The position numbers and the translations under genes are program-made. This document shows positions 58,004 through 64,000 of a DNA stretch of 64,000 nucleotides, one piece after another. The notes below the pieces were generated by a model that was not told the origin of the DNA, ran no database searches, and was given only the letters and a program-made list of their open reading frames with translations. The stretch is from contig JBKDXR010000058.1 of NCBI GenBank assembly GCA_046306055.1, positions 110,792 through 174,791 of the forward strand. The letters are read 5' to 3'. The DNA is from Flavobacteriales bacterium. GTDB lineage: Bacteria > Bacteroidota > Bacteroidia > Flavobacteriales_F > PHOS-HE28. Positions within the stretch are counted from its first letter, which is position 1. Each line of letters starts with the position of its first letter.

Positions 58004-59119
58004 TCAGTCCTGCCATTCGGCCAGGAACAGGTTGGTCTCGCGTGTGCCGTTGTTGTTCCGGTTGCTGCTGAACACCAGGTAACGGCCATCGGGGCTGAAC
58101 ACGGGGAACGCATCGAAGGTGTCCCCGAAACTGACCTGTTCAAGCCCGGTGCCGTCGATGTTGATCATGAACAGCGTGAACGGGAATCCGCGCTGGCTTT
58201 TGTGGTTGCTGGCGAAGATGATCTTCTGTCCGCTGGGATGCCAGAAAGGCGCCCAGTTGGCCTGGCCCAGTCCGGTCACCTTGCGCATGTCGCTGCCATC
58301 GGCATTGGCCACGTAAAGCTCCATGTCGGTGGGTTTCACCAGTCCTTCCTTCAGCAGGGACTTGTATTCGGCCAGTTCCTCCTTCGTACTGGGACGGCTT
58401 GCACGCCACAACAGCTTGGTGCCATCGGGGCTGAAGAAGGCGCCACCGTCGTAGCCCGGAGCATTGGTGATCCGCTTTACGTCACTACCATCGATGTTCA
58501 TGGTGTAGAGTTCCATGTCGCCATCACGCATGCTGGTGAACACGATGCGATCGCCCTTGGGCGACACGGTGGCCTCGGCATCATAGCCGGCGGTCTTCGT
58601 GAGCTGTTTGCGGATGTTGCCGTTGAGGTCGCTCACGTAAATGTCGAAGCTGGGATATATGGGCCACACATACTTGCCGTCGGCCCTGCGCTCCGGCACG
58701 GCAGGGCAGGTGGCACCGGCCTCGTGGGTGCTGGCGAACAGGACCATGCTGTCGCCCGGCAGGAAGTAGCTGCAGGTGGTCCGGCCACCTTTGATGCTGA
58801 TATGCGTCGGCTTGCCGCTGCGGAGGTCATCGGTGAACGGGTTGAACACATGGATCTGGTCGCACTGCTCGTCCCAGGCCGGGTTCGAGGATTGGAAGAC
58901 GAGCTTGCTGCCATCGAAGCTCCAATAGGCCTCGGCGTTGTCGCCACCGAAGGTGAGCTGCTTCAAGCTCTTGAAGTGCTTCTCATCAGGATGGATGAGG
59001 GAGTCCTTTACCGCGACCGTATCCACAGCCGTGGCCGTAGTGTCATCGGGGGCAGGACCTTCCTGGCAACCGGTGGTGAGCAGGATCGCTAGCGGAAGGG
59101 CGGGCAGCAGTCGGTACAT
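58004..59119 (-). CDS. TolB-like periplasmic PD40 beta-propeller lipoprotein
   Basis: Lipobox LLTTGCQ. Repeated PD40 motifs (SPDG.k..F.S.R.G...ly). Confidence 0.75.
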   Translation of the reverse strand: MYRLLPALPLAILLTTGCQEGPAPDDTTATAVDTVAVKDSLIHPDEKHFKSLKQLTFGGDNAEAYWSFDGSKLVFQSSNPAWDEQCDQIHVFNPFTDDLRSGKPTHISIKGGRTTCSYFLPGDSMVLFASTHEAGATCPAVPERRADGKYVWPIYPSFDIYVSDLNGNIRKQLTKTAGYDAEATVSPKGDRIVFTSMRDGDMELYTMNIDGSDVKRITNAPGYDGGAFFSPDGTKLLWRASRPSTKEELAEYKSLLKEGLVKPTDMELYVANADGSDMRKVTGLGQANWAPFWHPSGQKIIFASNHKSQRGFPFTLFMINIDGTGLEQVSFGDTFDAFPVFSPDGRYLVFSSNRNNNGTRETNLFLAEWQD

Positions 59120-59215
59120 GGTCGTTGTTGAGGGCCGCGAAACTACACCAATGGGTTCGGACCGAATGTCATCGCATAGCCATAGGGAAGGGCGGTCGGT
59201 TATCTTGTTCGCAGC

Positions 59216-60295
59216 ATGATCGATGGAAAACCCATCAAGGGCAGAGGGGCTGGAGGCCAGGTGCGGAACCGCTTCGCGCAGCGCCATTATGCGGACGTGC
59301 ACTGGGAGGCCATTGACGAGCCGATCGACGAACATGGGCAGGCCACGAAGTACATGGAGACCCATGCGCGGACCATCGTGAACCGTGTGGATTCGCCGGA
59401 CCTGCCGTTCCGATGGAGCCTCAATCCGTACCAAGGCTGCGAGCACGGTTGCAGTTACTGTTATGCCCGGCCTACCCACGAGTACTGGGGTTACGGCGCC
59501 GGACTCGATTTTGAGCGGGTGGTGCTTCTGAAGCGCAATGCACCAGAGTTATTGGAAAAGACCCTGCGTGGCCCCCAATGGCAGGTGGATCCCATTGTGC
59601 TCTCCGGTGCCACCGACCCGTACCAGCCCATTGAGCGGAAGGAGAGGCTCACGCGTGCCCTGCTCGAGGTGCTACGGCGCTACAAGCATCCCGCCGGGCT
59701 GATCACCAAGAACGCTTTGGTGCTGCGTGACGTTGACCTTCTGCGCGAAATGGCGGCCGAGCGACTGGTCTCCGTGGCCATCAGCCTCACTACGCTCAAC
59801 GAGGACCTCCGGCGCCGCTTGGAACCGCGCACCAGCAGTGGCTTGAACCGCTTGAAGACCATCGAGGCCCTTCGGCAGGCCGGAGTGCCGGTATTCGTGA
59901 TGATCGCCCCCATCATTCCCGCGCTGAACGAGCCCGAAGTACCGCTGTTGTTGCGGTCCGCGGCGGATGCCGGTGCACTCGGCGCGGGCTACACCGTATT
60001 GCGCACCAATGGCGCGGTGGGCGAGGTGTTCGAGGCCTGGTTGCACACCCATTATCCGGACCGCGCGGCCAAGATCATGGCCCAGACAAAGGCCTTGCAT
60101 GGTGGTCGCATGAGCGATACCGAGGCCGGGAGACGCATGCGTGGTGAAGGTGTGTTCGCCACCAACATCGCGAGGCTGTTCGAGGTGATGAAGCGCCGCT
60201 ATTTCGAGGGGCGGTCGGTGCCCGAACTGGATCGTACGAAGTTCAGCCCGCCACCTCAGGGGCAGTTGGACCTGTTCGGGCCAGCGGCCAGGTGA
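59216..60295 (+). CDS. Radical SAM protein, SplB-like (spore photoproduct lyase / PA0069 family)
   Basis: CEHGCSYCYA (CxxxCxxC) near the N-terminus; ~360 aa with an SplB-like C-terminal region. Confidence 0.8.
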   Translation: MIDGKPIKGRGAGGQVRNRFAQRHYADVHWEAIDEPIDEHGQATKYMETHARTIVNRVDSPDLPFRWSLNPYQGCEHGCSYCYARPTHEYWGYGAGLDFERVVLLKRNAPELLEKTLRGPQWQVDPIVLSGATDPYQPIERKERLTRALLEVLRRYKHPAGLITKNALVLRDVDLLREMAAERLVSVAISLTTLNEDLRRRLEPRTSSGLNRLKTIEALRQAGVPVFVMIAPIIPALNEPEVPLLLRSAADAGALGAGYTVLRTNGAVGEVFEAWLHTHYPDRAAKIMAQTKALHGGRMSDTEAGRRMRGEGVFATNIARLFEVMKRRYFEGRSVPELDRTKFSPPPQGQLDLFGPAAR

Positions 60296-60815
60296 TCAGC
60301 GGTGTATGTATGGTGCCGTGCGGGCCGGGCTCAGAGCGGAACAGCGTCAATTCGCGCAGCGGGAACTCGTGCAGGACGGTGGGGGGCTTCTGTAGAACAT
60401 CTGCTTTGCCGCGCGAACGGGCCAGCGTGATGTGTGGCCAGTAGGGCACGTGTTGGCTGGGTGGCATGAAGAGCGCTTGGGCCAGCCGGAGGTGCAAACG
60501 GGTCAGTTCAGCGTGCGGGTCGAAGCGGACCCAGAGCATGGTGGGCCCGTCCTCGGGCATGGTCCGGAGCGCTCCGTTCTCCAACCGGATCACCGGGGTA
60601 TCCACGACGATGCGTTCCACGGCCGCTTGGATGCCAGGCAGGTCCTTGGTCGGCCGTTCCCCGATGAACAGGGCAGTGACATGCCATTGTTGTTCCGGGG
60701 CCACGCGCCAAACGGGGTGGGCGAGGTGCTGGTCAGCGGTGCTGCGCACCAGCGTTACCACGTTCGCCGGTACGCGCGTACCGATGAACAGGCGGATGCG
60801 TTCCAAGGCGGCCAT
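60243..60815 (-). CDS. RNA 2',3'-cyclic phosphodiesterase (2H family, ThpR/LigT-like)
   Basis: Two H-x-T/S-x motifs, HVTALF and HITLAR, ~190 aa. Its 3' end overlaps the convergent radical SAM gene by ~50 nt. Confidence 0.7.
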   Translation of the reverse strand: MAALERIRLFIGTRVPANVVTLVRSTADQHLAHPVWRVAPEQQWHVTALFIGERPTKDLPGIQAAVERIVVDTPVIRLENGALRTMPEDGPTMLWVRFDPHAELTRLHLRLAQALFMPPSQHVPYWPHITLARSRGKADVLQKPPTVLHEFPLRELTLFRSEPGPHGTIHTPLITWPLARTGPTAPEVAG

Positions 60816-60843
60816 CTGCCGCTAAGTTCGCACAGGTCCGTGC

Positions 60844-61023
60844 TCAATGTCCGGAATGCCCCTTCTTCTCCAATTGCATGGCCCGCAGGTAGGCGTCCAG
60901 GCTATGGCCTCGCTCGGCCTGCAGCACGGAGTTCAGGATGGTGCGTGTGCGGGAATCAAGGATGCGGCCTTGCTGTTCCGGATGCTTGGTGCGTTGCAGG
61001 AAGCGTTTGCCGATGGTGGTCAT
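60844..61023 (-). CDS. Small hypothetical protein (59 aa), below the ORF-track cutoff
   Basis: MTTIGKRFLQRTKHPEQQGRILDSRTRTILNSVLQAERGHSLDAYLRAMQLEKKGHSGH. A clean ATG...TGA. Confidence 0.3.
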   Translation of the reverse strand: MTTIGKRFLQRTKHPEQQGRILDSRTRTILNSVLQAERGHSLDAYLRAMQLEKKGHSGH

Positions 61024-61196
61024 GGTCGTTCGTGTTGATGTCTGTCAAAACTCCACATGCACAGGGCCGCACCCAATACCGGGATCGTGGTATGTGCGCG
61101 TGAAATGGTGAACGATCGATCGTTCTTGTTTGCTGCAGAAGGATGACATGGCTCATTCGGCTGGTCGCTCGAAGTGTTAGCACGTAGCTTCGCCGC

Positions 61197-61862
61197 ATGT
61201 CCCGTGGGCGCAGTGTGTTCCTCTTCCTGATGGTATCCCTGGTGTTCGCATTGCCGGCATTACTGGCCGTGCTGCTCACCGATCAGTTGGATTTACACAG
61301 CGCCATCAACCGGTATCACGCGGGGTGGGCCGATCGCTTCTTCCGGTTCATCACGCACTGGGCCGATGGCCTGGTGCCGACCGCCGTGGCATTGCTCTTC
61401 CTGTTCTTCGGAACGCTTCGCTCGTTCATGATGATGGGGTTGAGCTGTGGTCTAAGCGCGATCGTGGCGCAACTGCTCAAGCGACAGGTGTTCGATCACG
61501 TGCATCGGCCCTTCATGTTCCGTGAGCAGTTGAACGATATGCACTGGGTGCAAGGCGTTGAGCTGCACCATCACTTCAGCTTCCCGAGCGGCCATTCCAC
61601 GGCAGCCTTCAGCATGTGCCTGGCACTGGCGGTGATCGCGGCGAGGCCGAGGTTGGCGGTCCTATTGGCCGTGGCTGCTTCGCTGATGGCCTTTTCGCGG
61701 GTCTATCTCTCGCAGCATTTCACCGAGGATATACTCGCCGGTGCGGCCGTGGGTTCGGCGACCGCCGTGCTGATCTGGCGATGGCTCTATGTCGGGAAGT
61801 TCGCCGAACGCCCATGGCTGGACCGGCGGGTGATACGGTCAACGAGCACTATGTTGCCGTAA
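61197..61862 (+). CDS. PAP2-superfamily lipid phosphate phosphatase (membrane)
   Basis: PAP2 motifs KRQVFDHVHRP (KxxxxxxRP), FPSGHS, SRVYLSQHFTED (SRxxxxxHxxxD). Confidence 0.75.
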   Translation: MSRGRSVFLFLMVSLVFALPALLAVLLTDQLDLHSAINRYHAGWADRFFRFITHWADGLVPTAVALLFLFFGTLRSFMMMGLSCGLSAIVAQLLKRQVFDHVHRPFMFREQLNDMHWVQGVELHHHFSFPSGHSTAAFSMCLALAVIAARPRLAVLLAVAASLMAFSRVYLSQHFTEDILAGAAVGSATAVLIWRWLYVGKFAERPWLDRRVIRSTSTMLP

Positions 61863-61978
61863 AGCCGGTGATCGCTGACGGAGGTCCAGAATGTGTCGAT
61901 GAAATAGCCTTTACTGCCGACCGGATATTGACATCGCTCGACGAACGAAGTAGCTTGACGCCCCTTAACCAAGCCGTC

Positions 61979-64000
61979 ATGTACTTCAAGAAGCCGTTCT
62001 GGATCATCATGGGCGAGCGCCCCAAGGCCTTCATTCGGATGATCCTGTCCGGTATGGCGGCGGTGCTGGTCCTTTCAACGAACGGACAGACCGTGCCTGC
62101 GGGATTCAGCGATGCGCTGGTGATGGGTGGCTGGAGCGAACCGGTTGGCGCTACCTGGGATGCGAACGGCCGGATGTACGTATGGGAGAAACGCGGGATG
62201 GTGTGGATCGTGGAGAACGGCGTGCGGTTGCCGAACCCGTTGATAGACATCAGTGCGGAGGTGGGGAACTGGCGCGATCACGGATGCCTTGGATTCGCCC
62301 TCGATCCTGCCTTTCTCACGAACGGACGCATCTACCTGATGTATGCCGTGGACCGGCATCACTTGATGCAGTTCGGCAGCCCCAACTACAGTGCCACCAC
62401 GAACGAGTATTATGCGGCCACCATCATGCGCATCACGCGCTACACCGCTGTTGGCCCGAACTTCAATACAGTGGACCCCGCAAGCCGGTTCGTGCTGGTG
62501 GGTGAAACACGCCAGACCGGTATCCCCCTGCTTCATGAATCGCACAGCACGGGTTCGTTGATGTTCGGGACCGACGGCACGCTGCTGGCCACAACGGGCG
62601 ATGGTGCCAGCTACAATGTGGTGGATGCCGGCAACAGCGGGGATACCTATTGGTCACAGGCGCTCACCGATGGTATCATCCGCCCCGCCGAGAACGTGGG
62701 TGCGTTCAGGTCCCAATTGGTGGATTGCCACAATGGAAAAGTGCTGCGCATCGACCCCAATACAGGCAATGGGGTTCCGAGCAATCCCTGGTACGACCCC
62801 AGTGCACCACGGGCCCCGGGCTCCCGGGTATGGGGGCTTGGTCTGCGCAATCCGTACAGATGCACGTTCAAACCCGGTAGTGGCAGTGCCGACCCCGCAG
62901 CGGGTGATCCGGGCACGGTGTTCATTGGCGATGTGCAATGGAATGTTTGGGAGGAACTGGATGTGTGTTATGAAGGAGGGATGAACTTCGGCTGGCCGAT
63001 GTACGAGGGAATGGATCCGATCAATGGATACATGGCGGCCCTCACCACGAACCTGGATGTCTCCAATCCGCTGTACGACGGAGTGGGGTGTACGCTTCAA
63101 TACCTGCGTTTCCAGGACCTGTTGAAGCAGGACACCCCCATACACCTGAACGGGCACCCGAACCCATGCAACAGCGCGGTGCAGATCCCCAACAGCATCA
63201 CGAAGTTCTACCATGCACGGCCGGCCATTGACTGGCGCCACGGGAACCAGTCGCGCTGTGGTGCTTTCACCGGAAACACGGCGGTGACCTACGACCTTGA
63301 TTCGCCGCTATCACCTGTGCCAGGCCCTCGTTTCGGTGGCTATGCGGCGCTTGCAGGTCCATGGATGAGCGGGCAGAACCTGCCGCTAGGCTACCAGAAC
63401 AGTTCGTTCCATGGCGATTATGCCGGTGGCTGGATCCGTCGTTTCATGTTCAATGAGCAGGATGCGCCGGTAAGCGTTCATGATTTCGCCACGGGGCTCG
63501 GGGCCATTACCTGGATCGGGGCCGGGCCGGATGGTTGCGTGTGGTACATCAGCTACAGCAGCGCCCAACTGCGCCGCATCTGTTACACGCTGGCCGTGAA
63601 CCTGCCACCCGTGGCCGTGGCCACTCAAAGCGCACAGTTTGGACCGGGGCCGCTGGCCGTTTCGTTCAATGGAGCGGGTAGCAGCGACCCCGAGAACGGT
63701 GCCATCACCTACAGCTGGAACTTCGGCGATGGTTCACCGGTGTCCAATGCTGTTGCTCCTTCGCACGTGTTCAATGCGCCGCCCGGTGTACCCACGAGCT
63801 ACACGGTAACACTCACGGTGACCGACAACCAGGGCCAGACCAATTCCACCACCTTGTTGGTCTCGGTGAACAACACGCCACCATCGGTCCAGATCACGAG
63901 CATTCCTGCGGATGGCTACTTCCCCGTGGGCGTGGATACGGTCTATCAGCTTCAGGCGGCAGTAGGCGATCTGGAGCATGGTCCCGGCCAGCTGACCTAT
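61979..64000 (+). CDS. PQQ-dependent sugar dehydrogenase-like (GSDH beta-propeller) fused to a PKD domain; 3' end beyond window
   Basis: No stop before the window end, so it is absent from the ORF track. Signal peptide-like MILSGMAAVLVLS. GSDH-like region (MYVWEKRGMVWIV...GRIYLMYA...HSTGSLMFGTDGTLLATTGDG...HNGKVLRIDPNTG) and a PKD motif TYSWNFGDGSP...YTVTLTVTDNQG. Confidence 0.6.
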   Translation, partial: MYFKKPFWIIMGERPKAFIRMILSGMAAVLVLSTNGQTVPAGFSDALVMGGWSEPVGATWDANGRMYVWEKRGMVWIVENGVRLPNPLIDISAEVGNWRDHGCLGFALDPAFLTNGRIYLMYAVDRHHLMQFGSPNYSATTNEYYAATIMRITRYTAVGPNFNTVDPASRFVLVGETRQTGIPLLHESHSTGSLMFGTDGTLLATTGDGASYNVVDAGNSGDTYWSQALTDGIIRPAENVGAFRSQLVDCHNGKVLRIDPNTGNGVPSNPWYDPSAPRAPGSRVWGLGLRNPYRCTFKPGSGSADPAAGDPGTVFIGDVQWNVWEELDVCYEGGMNFGWPMYEGMDPINGYMAALTTNLDVSNPLYDGVGCTLQYLRFQDLLKQDTPIHLNGHPNPCNSAVQIPNSITKFYHARPAIDWRHGNQSRCGAFTGNTAVTYDLDSPLSPVPGPRFGGYAALAGPWMSGQNLPLGYQNSSFHGDYAGGWIRRFMFNEQDAPVSVHDFATGLGAITWIGAGPDGCVWYISYSSAQLRRICYTLAVNLPPVAVATQSAQFGPGPLAVSFNGAGSSDPENGAITYSWNFGDGSPVSNAVAPSHVFNAPPGVPTSYTVTLTVTDNQGQTNSTTLLVSVNNTPPSVQITSIPADGYFPVGVDTVYQLQAAVGDLEHGPGQLTY

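Noticed and set aside
60956-61279. ORF 60956..61279(-) and 60847..61038(+).
   Set aside because: Low-complexity translations. The region is better explained by the 59-aa minus-strand small ORF 60844..61023 plus the PAP2 promoter region.

Overview
This is a high-GC (~62%) chromosomal segment, most likely from a member of Bacteroidota. Supporting features are a type IX secretion C-terminal-domain cargo protein, DUF3575/DUF4294/BshC-type genes, a zapB-like/zapA/rny gene order, and TAnnTTTG -7 promoter boxes upstream of guaA and the PhoH-like gene. I call about 65 protein-coding genes. I found no rRNA, tRNA or CRISPR, and no transposase or integrase. The conserved core genes are guaA, rny, accC and hbd. 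Accessory content comprises: a TPR sensor kinase/LuxR regulator pair next to a membrane-anchored C1 cysteine peptidase; a tightly overlapping operon (CE4-like? / formyltransferase / WD40 / GT-C membrane transferase) with a convergent WbpP-like epimerase and a methyltransferase, which I read as an Arn-like formyl-aminosugar glycoconjugate system; an OsmC-Fe-S(CDGSH)-ICMT operon; a chromosomal class D (OXA-like) beta-lactamase whose stop codon abuts a MITE-like 19-bp perfect inverted-repeat element; PIN-PhoH2 with a SiaC-like (DUF1987) neighbour; an orphan Vsr endonuclease; and many secreted or lipoprotein hypotheticals. The most distinctive observation is three independent relic copies of gene ends (an NMO 5' end, an accC 5' end and a DUF1287 3' end). 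One of these sits inside a tandem duplication of a secreted-protein gene. CDS coordinates come from the ORF track, with start codons chosen by signal peptide, homology or translational coupling. Elements not in the track were located by hand and may be off by 1-3 nt. No database searches were run; all family calls are from recognised motifs.
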